Below are positions 27,746 through 38,076 of a stretch of DNA of 64,000 nt, piece after piece. The translations under genes were made by a program, and so were the position numbers. Within the stretch, counting starts at the first letter, position 1. Each line of letters starts with the position of its first letter. The stretch comes from Candidatus Latescibacterota bacterium (GTDB lineage: Bacteria > Latescibacterota > UBA2968), in contig OZ242311.1 of assembly GCA_965207885.1 (NCBI GenBank), positions 2,272,001-2,336,000 on the forward strand, given 5' to 3'. The notes under the pieces were generated by a model. That model was not told the DNA's origin. It ran no database searches and was given only the letters and a program-made list of their open reading frames with translations.

Positions 27746-28943
27746 CATGGTACACGACAAAACTTAAATTGTTTTAAACAGTGGCGGATTACTCAGTAAA
27801 CGAATGCATATGAGGAACTGTTGGGTTTGTTGGTTTATATTGAGCAGGACATACTGCAAATAGTCCAACCCATATCGGAAGAGACTTTTCTCCATCCGCC
27901 CGTGATTTTTGATCGTCAAAGGATTTGTTTTTGCTATCCATTCGCCGATGATATGCGCCCAGATGCAGGCAATGGCCAAAAGCGCGATGAGTTTCTCAAT
28001 GCGGTCTTGATGTATAAGATGGGTCTCTTCCAGATTAAATCCTCGACTTTTAAGATTGGCAAAAAGGACTTCAATGCCCCATCGTTTTTTATAGGTATCC
28101 AATGCGGCTTGACCTTTTTGGTTGCTGGCAAGAATGAGGTATTGGTCCTTCAATCTTAGTGCAGACAGATATACAGGCAGGTCATAAACGCGGTGGCGTT
28201 TGCACAAGTTGACCTGCTGATGGATATTAAGATTTTCAAACCGTTTTCTTATGGGGATCTCTCTACCGCCTGATGAGACAAGAGCGTTTTCCTTGATGCG
28301 AATAACAAAGGGTATATTTTGTGTGTCTAACCACCTAAACCATTCTCTTCCAATAAATTCTCTGTCTGCGACGACAACGCGGATATGCGATTTGCAGATG
28401 CAGTTGAGCATTTCTTGCATCAAATGGATACGCTCATCACTATTGGAATTGCCCCGTTTTTTTAACAAGTGCCAACAGATAGGAAAGGCGACCCCTTCAT
28501 AGATAATGCCTGCGGTTAGGATGTTGATATTGAATTTTCCCAACTTCCAATTGGTGCGATCTATTGAGACTATAAAATCCGACTTTATAGGTAATAAGTG
28601 CAAGATCAATTGTCTCACACACGCATAGGGTAAGGCAAAGTGGGCAAAGAAGCGTTGGATACGACGATAATTAGATTTCTGCTTGACGGTTCCATTGAGT
28701 GCGTTTGCCAGTTTCATAAAATTGACGCTACGCAATTTTATCAGCGACAATATGAACGCAGCGGTAAACGTTATTCGGGCTTTATGCCAGTGAAAATATC
28801 CTTGCATAATCGTTTGAAGTTCAATAGTTTCAGGAGACATAGACCTGTGCCTTGTTAAGATGAGAAAGGTTTGTCTTGGGACATTCAAACCTAACTCTTT
28901 TTAGCTTTTTTCACAGGTCTTTTATTTTTTGTCGTGTACTATG
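27746..28943 (-). mobile_element. IS4-family insertion sequence, copy 2 (inverted relative to copy 1), 1198 bp
   Basis: Same terminal repeats and identical transposase translation; 9-bp TSD CCGCCTACT at 27737-27745 and 28944-28952. Confidence 0.95.
27764..28888 (-). CDS. IS4-family DDE transposase
   Basis: Translation identical to 23093..24217. Confidence 0.93.
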   Translation of the reverse strand: MNVPRQTFLILTRHRSMSPETIELQTIMQGYFHWHKARITFTAAFILSLIKLRSVNFMKLANALNGTVKQKSNYRRIQRFFAHFALPYACVRQLILHLLPIKSDFIVSIDRTNWKLGKFNINILTAGIIYEGVAFPICWHLLKKRGNSNSDERIHLMQEMLNCICKSHIRVVVADREFIGREWFRWLDTQNIPFVIRIKENALVSSGGREIPIRKRFENLNIHQQVNLCKRHRVYDLPVYLSALRLKDQYLILASNQKGQAALDTYKKRWGIEVLFANLKSRGFNLEETHLIHQDRIEKLIALLAIACIWAHIIGEWIAKTNPLTIKNHGRMEKSLFRYGLDYLQYVLLNINQQTQQFLICIRLLSNPPLFKTI

Positions 28944-29919
28944 CCGCCTACTACAAAACGGTAGATAATCAGTTATCTACTGGTACAACGGGCGGCGAGA
29001 CGACGATCTGGCAGGACCCCGGCACGGGGAGAACCGAGCAGATCCGTGTCAACTTGAGTATTAGATATGAGGATATCAAGGGAATTGAACTGGGTTTCCA
29101 GAAGCGATTCAGCAATAACTTCGCGTTTCAGACTTCCTTTAACGCGCAGTGGCTATCGGGAGGGCGTGCAGGGGGAGCAGGAGACCGGTTCTTCCCGGAT
29201 TCAACGTGGGTCGCCGCTGGAAATTACTGGCTTGGCTATGAGATTCGAAACGGGCAGGAGGTTCCAATTCCACTGACCCAGGATGAGCTCCGAGAAATCG
29301 GATCCAAAGCGAATCAACTCCTTCGCGACATCCAGGCAGGTGGTGGTCCCAGCAAGGGGGCGGCAGGACCGAATGAACATTTTCTGGCGGCTATTGAAAA
29401 GGAACCCGGCATCTGGGCTATCACTCCCATTCTTTCCGAGTTGAATATTGGCGGCATACGAGGCAGGGACAGAACGGCATTTGGGAGCGTGGCGTTTCTC
29501 TATCGAACGCCGAGCGATTGGGGTCCAATGGTTGGCGAAGCGGGTTTGTTCGGGAATATTCAGGCCAACATGATTTATCGCATGCAGACCGGCAGCCGGT
29601 TCGAATACTCGCTTCCAGAAGGTGGCGTGGAGGAACGAAATGAGCCACTTCGCACCTGGGTTGATTTGAATGCCCAAAAGACGTTCTACGGCCTGGGGGA
29701 CCGCTTCGATGTCACGTTGTTCGTCGAAACATACAATCTGTTCAATCAGAAAGATCGGCGGGTAAACAACTTCGATTATATTCAATGGGGTTTGAGAAGA
29801 CCCGTACCAACAGACCAGCTCTACAGGGATTTCGGAGATCCGAACGACAGGGCCTTTCTGGGCTCCCCAAGGCAGGTGCATTTGGGATTGAGACTCAGCT
29901 TCTAAGAGGATAAGACAAC

Positions 29920-32181
29920 ATGATTACTATAAAAAGAAGAAGCATCTTGTTTCTGCTTTTTCCATTGCTGGCGACCCTCTTGCTAACTTCGGAATTGTGG
30001 GCGCAGTCGAGTCCCTTCCAGAGGAAATTTCGACACATGACGCGGGGGAAGGTCTGGCATACGTACAGAAACGGACTCACAGGTCGGGTTCACCGACAGG
30101 TGATGAGGGATATAGCCGGTATGCAATATCCGGGTTCTATCATTCCGCTGGAACCCACCGAGTTTGAGCAATACTGGAGCTTTGTCAACTATCACTGGTT
30201 TCCGCGGTTTACCCGCCGATACGACACCTCTCGGGGCGAGGGTGTAATGATTCTAACAAGAGATCACGGCACCTCGGCAGTTGGCCCGAGTCAGGAAACC
30301 GAGGATATTCGGGAAAAGGTCTATGACATTGTCAATAGCCCGGAAAAAGATCTGGGATTTATGACCGCCTCCCACTTTACCGGGTTCAGCCCGATGTCCA
30401 ACTACTGGCCCGGAGCACCTCCAATTGTGGGTGAGCCTGTGGAAATCCACAACCACGACTATGGGCGGTATATCGGGGACGATTCTCAAGGTGAGGAAAT
30501 TCTCATCACGGCATGGTCCTCCAAAACGGGTATCAGTGTGTCGCAAAAAGCCTTTTCCTGGAGCTATCCCGACTTTGACGACTTCATCATTTACGAATAT
30601 ACTTTCCACAACAATGGAGACGCCAACGGAGATGGCCAGCCGGACCCGCCCGGTATGCCCGTGCAACTCAACGACGTCTATTTTGCGTTCGTAAACATCA
30701 TGACCATCTCTCAGGCGGGGTGCTTTATTTCAAGCCCGGGTGCGTGGTGGGTCGATTTCCCCGAATTGAGGGACGATTTCTACAGATACACCGGTGCAGC
30801 TAACTACGACGGTCCGGCCGAATACGCTGACCTGAAGCTCAGCTACCACTACGACGGGGACGCGCCTTCTACTTTGTGGAATGACGTTGGTGGACCCTAC
30901 GTTTCGGCGCGTCACCATTCACTGTTCAAAGGCACGGCGCGAGTCGATGGAGAACTGACAGACTTCCAGTACTTTGGGTTTGCCCCTCTGGATTATACCC
31001 CACCCTTTACAAACGATTCGGAAAACTACGTTGCGCCAAAAGTCGCGGATCAGCCGGTGTCGGTAAAGTGGTGGGAAATCTTCAGCAGAAATAACTACAC
31101 ATATCCGGATCCCAGTAATGATGGTGATGAGCAACTGTGGAATAAACTCGTCGAAGACCAGGGATTCCAATCCAATCCCACCGACATCGGTGATTACGCC
31201 CACAGTCAGACGTATGGACCATACGATATTGGTCCTGGTGAAAAAGTGAAAATCGTGGCGGTTTTTGCCGGGGGAACAGCTGCCGACGCCAAGGGTACGG
31301 GCATCATCGAATGGGCGCAAACGGGCAATCAAGACGAGGTTTCACTGGGCAGGGAGGCCCTCGTGGATCATGTGCGCCGTGCTCAATTCGCCTACGATAG
31401 CGGCTACGATCTGCCCGACCCGCCTCCGGATGTGCGATTTTCAGTGGGAAATAGCGAACGTGGGCGGGTTCTCCTCACATGGCCAGATGATGCCGATCGC
31501 GCGTTGGATCCAGACTATGGTCAGGCCGACGTAAGAGCCTACCGGGTCTATCGTACAGCGACCAAGGAAGCGGGGCCTTACAAGTTGCTGAAAGAGATTC
31601 CCGTAGGAGATGCCGCGCATTTGAGTGGCGGCATCTATTCCTTCGAGGATGAGACTTCCGCTCCCGGCTTCAACTACTGGTACTCGGTCCGCTCGGTCGA
31701 TTCCGGGCATTCATCCTGGACTAATAACGACGGTACCAAGACGCTTGCAGACCTGCCCGACAAGGTGCGGCAGAATGTCCAGAGTGGCATGGAAAGCGGA
31801 CATTCCTCGCCTGAGCAGCGGATGCAGGTCTTCACCAGTCCGAAGATCCCCGCAACGGATACCAAAGACAATTTCGGCGATGAAATCCTGGTTGTGCCCA
31901 ATCCCTATCGGGATGATGGCACACACAGGTATCCGGGATCCAGAAAGATTCGATTTACAAATATTCCCAGAAAGGCCCAGATCAAGATCTATTCTCCATC
32001 TGGAGACCTGATCTGGACGATCAATCACGATTCGCCCTTGGGAGAGGCAGAATGGAATCAGGCGCCGCGATCCTTCGCGAGGCCGGAAGTACAGTCAGGC
32101 ATCTACTTCTACTCTGTAGAGTCTCTTGTGGGCTCATCTCAGGGGGAGATGCGGTTCGGTTCATTTGTAATCATCAAATAG
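29920..32181 (+). CDS. Secreted protein with an FN3/Ig-like domain and a T9SS-sorting-like C-terminal domain
   Basis: Cleavable signal peptide (LWA-Q, no lipobox), P-PP...LTW...YRVYR...YWYSV-S-D Ig-like segment, and VVPNPY...IKIYSPSG-LI...W...SGIYFY...FVIIK at the C-terminus. Confidence 0.7.
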   Translation: MITIKRRSILFLLFPLLATLLLTSELWAQSSPFQRKFRHMTRGKVWHTYRNGLTGRVHRQVMRDIAGMQYPGSIIPLEPTEFEQYWSFVNYHWFPRFTRRYDTSRGEGVMILTRDHGTSAVGPSQETEDIREKVYDIVNSPEKDLGFMTASHFTGFSPMSNYWPGAPPIVGEPVEIHNHDYGRYIGDDSQGEEILITAWSSKTGISVSQKAFSWSYPDFDDFIIYEYTFHNNGDANGDGQPDPPGMPVQLNDVYFAFVNIMTISQAGCFISSPGAWWVDFPELRDDFYRYTGAANYDGPAEYADLKLSYHYDGDAPSTLWNDVGGPYVSARHHSLFKGTARVDGELTDFQYFGFAPLDYTPPFTNDSENYVAPKVADQPVSVKWWEIFSRNNYTYPDPSNDGDEQLWNKLVEDQGFQSNPTDIGDYAHSQTYGPYDIGPGEKVKIVAVFAGGTAADAKGTGIIEWAQTGNQDEVSLGREALVDHVRRAQFAYDSGYDLPDPPPDVRFSVGNSERGRVLLTWPDDADRALDPDYGQADVRAYRVYRTATKEAGPYKLLKEIPVGDAAHLSGGIYSFEDETSAPGFNYWYSVRSVDSGHSSWTNNDGTKTLADLPDKVRQNVQSGMESGHSSPEQRMQVFTSPKIPATDTKDNFGDEILVVPNPYRDDGTHRYPGSRKIRFTNIPRKAQIKIYSPSGDLIWTINHDSPLGEAEWNQAPRSFARPEVQSGIYFYSVESLVGSSQGEMRFGSFVIIK

Positions 32182-32196
32182 TCAAGGAGCTTTGCT

Positions 32197-33186
32197 ATGA
32201 TGACCAGGATATACGCATCGATCTGCGTATTCGCGATTGTGATTTTGCTGCAATCGCCCGCCCAGGGACAGGGATATGTGGAAATCAAGGATGAGGACAT
32301 TTACTCCTCAACCGCTGCTTCGCGAATTGGGCTTACAGGATTTGCATTTCTGAAGATTTCCCAGGGGGCGCGATCGGTGGGAATGGGGGATGCGTACACG
32401 GCCATATCCAATGATATCAATGCGGCATTCAAGAATCCTGCCGGCTTGACTCATATGAAACGGATTGAGTACGTGTTCTCTTACAACCGATGGTTGGTAA
32501 ACAGCACGGTTGCTTCCGGAGCTGTTGCGGCGAATACGCCGTATGGCGTGGTGGGCGTTACCTTTATCGGTTTCTACCCTGAGAAGAGCAAGGAAACCAC
32601 CATACTCCAGCCGCTCGGAACGGGAGAGATGGTGAATGCTGGGGATGTCGCCATCGGATTTCTTTACGCGAAGAAAATGACCGATAGGCTCTCCTTCGGC
32701 GTTCACGGTCGCTGGATTCAGGAAACGCTGCACGACAAAAAAATTTCCAGTTACGATGTCTCACTTGGCACGCTGTTCTACACGGGATTTGGCTCCAGCA
32801 GGTTGGCGATGACATTGCAGAATTTTGGCAAAGACGTAACGCCGGAAGCGGTCACTTTCGCCATGCCAATGGTCTTCAATATCGCCGCTGCTATGGAGGT
32901 TTACGGAACGATAGAAGATCCCACCTACCTCACAGCCGCAGTCGATTTCAGCTATGCCACTGATTTCGGTGAGCGGTTACATTTTGGCGGTGAACTCTGG
33001 GTCGCAAGGGTGCTCGCGCTTCGAGCTGGATACAAGACCAATTACGACATCGAGAGTTATTCACTTGGTGCCGGTGTTCGCGTGAACTATGTGGGAGGTA
33101 GGCAGGTCTCTGTCGATTTTGCCTATTCGGCGATTGAGGGTGGCTTCGATCCTCCGCTGCGCGTGTCTCTAAGCGGGAGTTTTTAG
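32197..33186 (+). CDS. PorV/PorQ-family (UPF0164-like) outer-membrane beta-barrel
   Basis: FLKISQGARSVGMGDAY-A...NPAGL, LALRAGY, DFAY and C-terminal Phe. Confidence 0.85.
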   Translation: MMTRIYASICVFAIVILLQSPAQGQGYVEIKDEDIYSSTAASRIGLTGFAFLKISQGARSVGMGDAYTAISNDINAAFKNPAGLTHMKRIEYVFSYNRWLVNSTVASGAVAANTPYGVVGVTFIGFYPEKSKETTILQPLGTGEMVNAGDVAIGFLYAKKMTDRLSFGVHGRWIQETLHDKKISSYDVSLGTLFYTGFGSSRLAMTLQNFGKDVTPEAVTFAMPMVFNIAAAMEVYGTIEDPTYLTAAVDFSYATDFGERLHFGGELWVARVLALRAGYKTNYDIESYSLGAGVRVNYVGGRQVSVDFAYSAIEGGFDPPLRVSLSGSF

Positions 33187-33210
33187 ACCGAAAGGATTGC
33201 GAGGAGAGAT

Positions 33211-35199
33211 TTGTCCTCTCTGCAAGATCCCATCGTTAGCCATCCAGTGCCTTCCCCCGCAGAGGAGCGGGGGATCACGTTGCGTTCGTTTCTGATTGGG
33301 TTGGGTGTGGTCTGTCTGGTCAACCTGTGGGTCACGTGGTCGGATTTCATAATTCATTCCTCGGCCTGGAATCTGAGCCACTTCCCCATGGTGAATTTCA
33401 TTCCGTTTGTCATCCTCACAGTCTTATCATCGGTTTCAGACAGATTATTTGGACCGCGCTGGTCTTTTTCATCTGCCGAACTCGCCACCGTTCTGGCCAT
33501 GGGGCTGGTGGGCAGCGTCGTGCCGACCAACGGATTTATGGGATATGTGCTCGGCATTTTGGCCATGCCGTATTACCTGGCCACCCCCGAGAATGGTTGG
33601 GCGCTCTACTTTCACCCCCACCTTGCCGACTGGATGGCGCCGCGAGATGAAAACGACGCCGTGCGCTACTTTTTCGAAGGCCTACCCAAAGGTGTGCACA
33701 TCCCCTGGGAAACCTGGGCAAGCCCGCTTTTCTGGTGGCTTACATTTGCAGCGTCGATCACGCTGATCTCGGCCTGCACGGTTGTCATTTTGCGCAAGCA
33801 ATGGACGGAGAACGAACGGCTCGATTATCCCATCATCAGCGTAGGCATCGACATGGCGCTGCGCTCGAATCCCCGGAACTGGCTGCCGGAATACATGAAA
33901 GGCAAGCTGTTCTGGGGTGGTTTTTCGGTCGCCTGCGGAATCGTTTGTTGGAATATTCCCAGTTACTTCATACCCGGCCTGCCCGAATTCCCGCTGCTTC
34001 CCAGGTGGTTTACGCTGGCCGCTGGTTTTCCCACAATTGACTTCCACATCAGCTTTTTTGCACTGGCTTTTGCATTTTTTGCCAGGCTTGAAGCCCTGTT
34101 CAGCGTCTGGTTCTTCTTCCTGATTTTTCTAATCCAGAGCGCGGTATTCAACCGATTTGGGTTCACCATCGGCACCTCGGGAGATCCCTGGTCTTCCCAC
34201 AACCCCGCAGTTGGCTGGCAAAGCTGGGGGTCTCTCTGCTTCATCGTGGCCTGGGGGATCTGGGTTGCTCGCCACCATCTGCGCGACGTTTTTTCAAAGG
34301 CCATCTGGGGGGTACCGGGTGAAGGCAGAGCTGAAGAAATGATGTCTTACCGGATGGCTCTTACCGGCCTGATCAGTGGACTGGTTTATGCCATTGGATT
34401 TCTGTACTGTGCGGGTATGAGCTATACCATGGCCATCGCGCTCTTGCTTTCCACGCTCATCGGCTACCTGGGGGTATCCCGCATCCTGGTGGAAACCGGG
34501 TTGCTCTACGTGGTCGTACCGGTAACGGGTCAGTCCTCCACCGTATATTTTCTGGGATCGCGTGGCCTGCCGGAATCCTCGATGACAGCCATGGCATTCA
34601 CCTATATCCTCGTCACGAGGGGTGCCGGTATGTTCATGCCTTCGCTGACCCATCTGGGCAAGCTGGCAGATCAGATTCCCCAGATACGAAGGCGTCTGAT
34701 CTACGCGCTTGGTGCCTCAATTGTGGTCGGAGTTCTGGTTGCCGCCATTGTAACCCTGTATCTGGGCTACACGCATGGGGCATACAACTTCAACGTATGG
34801 GTGTTGGGCGGGGGCGGCAGTCAGCGTCCTTTCATCGATACGCTGGTCAAGATGCAGTCGCCATTCACAACAGACTGGTATCGCATCTCCTTTTTTTTAT
34901 TCGGGGCGCTGGTCTCGGCCGCGCTGGTGGCTTTGCGCTATCGCTTTCCCTGGTGGCCCCTGTCACCCATTGGATTTCCCCTGGCCACTTCCTGGCCCAT
35001 GCGCAGAGTCGGGTTCACTATCTTTCTGGCCTGGTTCATCAAGGCCGTCATCATGAAACTGGGGGGTGCCGTGCTCTACCGTCGGTGCCAGCCCTTTGCA
35101 GTCGGGCTCCTGGTCGGTTGGGCAGCCGGAGTTGGCATCTCTTTCCTGATCGATATCTTCTACTTTCCCGGCAACGGACACGGGATCCACTCGTATTGA
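33211..35199 (+). CDS. DUF6785/DUF6784-type polytopic membrane protein (putative transporter), paralog 1
   Basis: Many TM helices; G-T-RS-L-G, ATPENGW, LRKQW-E-ERL-YP, WWPLSPIG and IMKLGG-LYRR-PF-GL-G motifs; TTG start with a strong RBS. Confidence 0.75.
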   Translation: MSSLQDPIVSHPVPSPAEERGITLRSFLIGLGVVCLVNLWVTWSDFIIHSSAWNLSHFPMVNFIPFVILTVLSSVSDRLFGPRWSFSSAELATVLAMGLVGSVVPTNGFMGYVLGILAMPYYLATPENGWALYFHPHLADWMAPRDENDAVRYFFEGLPKGVHIPWETWASPLFWWLTFAASITLISACTVVILRKQWTENERLDYPIISVGIDMALRSNPRNWLPEYMKGKLFWGGFSVACGIVCWNIPSYFIPGLPEFPLLPRWFTLAAGFPTIDFHISFFALAFAFFARLEALFSVWFFFLIFLIQSAVFNRFGFTIGTSGDPWSSHNPAVGWQSWGSLCFIVAWGIWVARHHLRDVFSKAIWGVPGEGRAEEMMSYRMALTGLISGLVYAIGFLYCAGMSYTMAIALLLSTLIGYLGVSRILVETGLLYVVVPVTGQSSTVYFLGSRGLPESSMTAMAFTYILVTRGAGMFMPSLTHLGKLADQIPQIRRRLIYALGASIVVGVLVAAIVTLYLGYTHGAYNFNVWVLGGGGSQRPFIDTLVKMQSPFTTDWYRISFFLFGALVSAALVALRYRFPWWPLSPIGFPLATSWPMRRVGFTIFLAWFIKAVIMKLGGAVLYRRCQPFAVGLLVGWAAGVGISFLIDIFYFPGNGHGIHSY

Positions 35200-35211
35200 A
35201 AGAGAGGCACC

Positions 35212-36561
35212 ATGGCAAATGCAATAGAAATCGGCATTGCCCGCACCGACATCACCCCTGCGGTTGGCATCCCCATGGTCGGATTTGCGGGGCGGGGACC
35301 TTCAACGCGTGTAAATGACCCGTTATATGCCACGGCTATGGCAGTTTCCTGCGCGGGGGAGCAAGCCGTATTGATCGCCTCGGATCTCCTCCAGTTTAAG
35401 GCGGAAACAGTCGCCGAGTTTCGCGAGATCATCCAGGCTGCATCGGGAATCTCCGCCTATCGGATTACTCTGGCATGTAGCCACACGCATTATGGGCCTG
35501 ATATCGATCGCGCAGGTAGGCGATCTCCTTCGCCTGGTCCGAGTTCGACCGAAGGTTCCGAACTGGTCGATGCCTATCGGATTCACCTCGGATTCAAACT
35601 ATCGGGCCTGGTACAGGAGGCACAGCAAAATCTGAAGCCGGCGCGAATGGGTATCGGCTGGGGCAGTTCCGATATCGGTATCAACCGCAGGGAGAAGACC
35701 CCTGATGGACGGATCATTCTCGGCAACAACTACGATGGGCCTGTTGACCGCGAGGTCGGCATCGCGCGGATTGAAGATACAGAGGGAAACCCTATCGCCT
35801 GTCTGGTCAATTTTGCGACGCATCCCGTTGCACAGACTTCTCAGCAACGCGCCATTTCCGCCGGGTTTCCCGGCAAGATGACCCAGGTGGTAGAAGGTCT
35901 TACGGGTGCGTATTGTCTTTTTCTACAGGGGGCGGCGGGCGATATCAATCCCGCTCTGGGATTCCGCGGACCGGATCAGCGACCAGAAGATCTTCACAAG
36001 CCATCGGACAGTCTGGGCATTCGACTGGGCTGCGAAGTGGTGCGCGTTTGGGAAACCATCAGCGTTGGTGAGGCGCAAGGCTTGAATATCGCTTCAAAAA
36101 CTATAAACCTGCCCCGCTACATGTACGGCGACTTAAAAAGCGCGGAACAGCTCGATGGGGAATTCGATCAGGAGTTGAAAGCGAGAAATCTTTCAGATGG
36201 GCAGCGATATTGGACAGAGCTGAGGCAAAGTCGGGTGCGGGAAGCAATTAGTAGCCATCAGACAGGGGTTCCACTCGATCCCGTTGAGACGGAATTGCAG
36301 GCATGGCGAATAGGTGATCTCGCCTTTGTGACTGCACCGGCGGAGATTTTTACTGAAAACGGCACGCTTGTAAAAAATCAATCGCCGTTTGATCACACTT
36401 TCTTCGTGGGCTATACGAATGGCTCCATTGGGTATGTCCCTACCGTGGATGCCTACCCCGAGGGAGGATACGAAGTCACCCACGCCTGCCAGGTCGATCC
36501 CGAGGCGGGCGGTCTGATCAATGAGAATTGCCTGGCACTGCTCCGGCAGGTCGTGGCATAA
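35212..36561 (+). CDS. Neutral/alkaline ceramidase-like amidohydrolase
   Basis: DITP, DPLYA-A, SHTHYGP, INRR, NFATHP, GAAGD-NP and GYVPT...GGYE. Confidence 0.8.
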   Translation: MANAIEIGIARTDITPAVGIPMVGFAGRGPSTRVNDPLYATAMAVSCAGEQAVLIASDLLQFKAETVAEFREIIQAASGISAYRITLACSHTHYGPDIDRAGRRSPSPGPSSTEGSELVDAYRIHLGFKLSGLVQEAQQNLKPARMGIGWGSSDIGINRREKTPDGRIILGNNYDGPVDREVGIARIEDTEGNPIACLVNFATHPVAQTSQQRAISAGFPGKMTQVVEGLTGAYCLFLQGAAGDINPALGFRGPDQRPEDLHKPSDSLGIRLGCEVVRVWETISVGEAQGLNIASKTINLPRYMYGDLKSAEQLDGEFDQELKARNLSDGQRYWTELRQSRVREAISSHQTGVPLDPVETELQAWRIGDLAFVTAPAEIFTENGTLVKNQSPFDHTFFVGYTNGSIGYVPTVDAYPEGGYEVTHACQVDPEAGGLINENCLALLRQVVA

Positions 36562-36575
36562 CGGAGGGGATTCAT

Positions 36576-38048
36576 ATGGCAGATAGACCCAATATTCTGG
36601 TGATCATGTCCGATCAACACAGCAAATTTCACATCGGATGTTATGGCGATGAAGTGGTTCGAACCCCACATATGGACCGGCTTGCTGCCGAAGGCATACG
36701 GTTCAACAACGCCTATTGCGCAGCGCCGCTTTGCGTACCCAGCCGGATGGCTTTTATGACATCCAGAACGCCCACCGCGAACCGCGTCTGGACAAATAGC
36801 CATATTCTCTCTTCTGCCATCCCCACCTGGGCACATGGCATGGGCGCAGCCGGCTATGAAACTGCCCTGATTGGACGTATGCACTTTGTTGGATCGGATC
36901 AGAGGCACGGATTTGAGCGACGGCCCATTGGCGAATGGGGCGCACATCACCCCGGTGTTTCTTTGCAGGGCGCTCCCCTGTTTCGCAAAATGCCCCTGGG
37001 TGTATCTGGGCAGAGCCGCGTGAGCGTAGAATATGCCGGTTATGGGATGTGTACCTATCAGGCGTATGATGACATGGTCGTTGCGTCTGCCCTTGATTAT
37101 TTGGACGAGAAGGCCCATGATGAGGGAGATCGTCCCTTTGCCGCTGTGGCTGGCTTTGTTCTCCCGCACTGCCCCTATATCGCCGCTACAAAGGAACTTT
37201 TCGAATATTATTACGATAGGGTAGATGTTCCTCAGCCAACGCCGGAAGAGGCACAGAGAGCACCGGCGGCTATCCGCAAGTTGAAACGCCTGCGCGATCT
37301 GGACAGAACATTCCCCGAAGAACGCATTCGCGTGGCCCGGGCAGCCTATTTTGCTATGTGCGAGTACTTTGACAGCATCGTCGGCCAGATGCTCCAGAAG
37401 CTGGATGAGACGGGGCTGGCTGAAAACACGCTGGTCATCTACTGCTCTGACCACGGCGAAATGGCCGGAGAACACGGACTGTGGTCCAAGAGCAACTACT
37501 ACGAAGCATCTGTTTCCGTGCCCCTCATTGCCCGTTTGCCCGGGGTCATCCCCGCGGGTGGAATCAGCGATAGTATCTGCAACCTCATGGATATTGGACC
37601 GACTCTGATCGAGATGGCTGGCGCTCCTCCGATGCCTGCTACTGACGGCCAGTCGCTGTGGCCCCAAATGTGCGGAGAGAACGATCCGAACTGGGTCGAT
37701 GAAACCTTCAGCGAACATCTCTGGGTAGCCAACGAAGTGCCTTCCCGCATGATCCGCAAGGGAGCATGGAAGCTCTACAAGTACAACGAACCCACCCCTC
37801 CAGCGCTCTTTAACCTGGAGGAAGATCCCGGAGAACTCAATGATCTGGGACTGGACACGCGGTACCAGGATGTGCGAGAGAAGCTCTTGAAACGCCTCTA
37901 CGAAGACTGGGATCCCGCAGATATCATCAGTGAAACAGCTATTCTGGATCGGGATTATCGCACCATTTCGGCATGGGGCCAGGTTGTCCAGCCCATACAC
38001 GAAGACACTGTAGCCGTGCCGGATGTTGAAGATATCGAACTTCGATAG
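36576..38048 (+). CDS. Cys-type sulfatase-family hydrolase (choline-sulfatase-like)
   Basis: RPNILVIMSDQH, CVPSR (CxPxR), GRMH, SDHGEM-GEHG-W-K and LFNLEEDP-E. Start at MADRP. Confidence 0.9.
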   Translation: MADRPNILVIMSDQHSKFHIGCYGDEVVRTPHMDRLAAEGIRFNNAYCAAPLCVPSRMAFMTSRTPTANRVWTNSHILSSAIPTWAHGMGAAGYETALIGRMHFVGSDQRHGFERRPIGEWGAHHPGVSLQGAPLFRKMPLGVSGQSRVSVEYAGYGMCTYQAYDDMVVASALDYLDEKAHDEGDRPFAAVAGFVLPHCPYIAATKELFEYYYDRVDVPQPTPEEAQRAPAAIRKLKRLRDLDRTFPEERIRVARAAYFAMCEYFDSIVGQMLQKLDETGLAENTLVIYCSDHGEMAGEHGLWSKSNYYEASVSVPLIARLPGVIPAGGISDSICNLMDIGPTLIEMAGAPPMPATDGQSLWPQMCGENDPNWVDETFSEHLWVANEVPSRMIRKGAWKLYKYNEPTPPALFNLEEDPGELNDLGLDTRYQDVREKLLKRLYEDWDPADIISETAILDRDYRTISAWGQVVQPIHEDTVAVPDVEDIELR

Positions 38049-38076
38049 ATGGTGAATTCAAATTAAGTGTGATCAC

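Larger units (their letters stand above)
25645..29905 (+). pseudogene. TonB-dependent receptor with N-terminal carboxypeptidase-regulatory-like domain, interrupted by IS4 copy 2
   Basis: TTGKISG-V-D...PLPGANV, plug GGWEAEYGNAQAGIIN, FSPRLG, C-terminal PRQVHLGLRLSF. Joining 25645-27745 to 28953-29905 restores a 1017-aa frame (LSLTAY-YKTVDN). Confidence 0.92.

Noticed and set aside
23038-28943. Composite transposon or already-inverted segment formed by the two IS4 copies
   Set aside because: Each copy has its own matching 9-bp TSD and the receptor gene continues in frame across copy 2, so these are two independent insertions.
28934-29905. Independent 323-aa gene
   Set aside because: It is the 3' part of the TonB receptor; its GTG lies inside the IS terminal repeat and there is no signal peptide.
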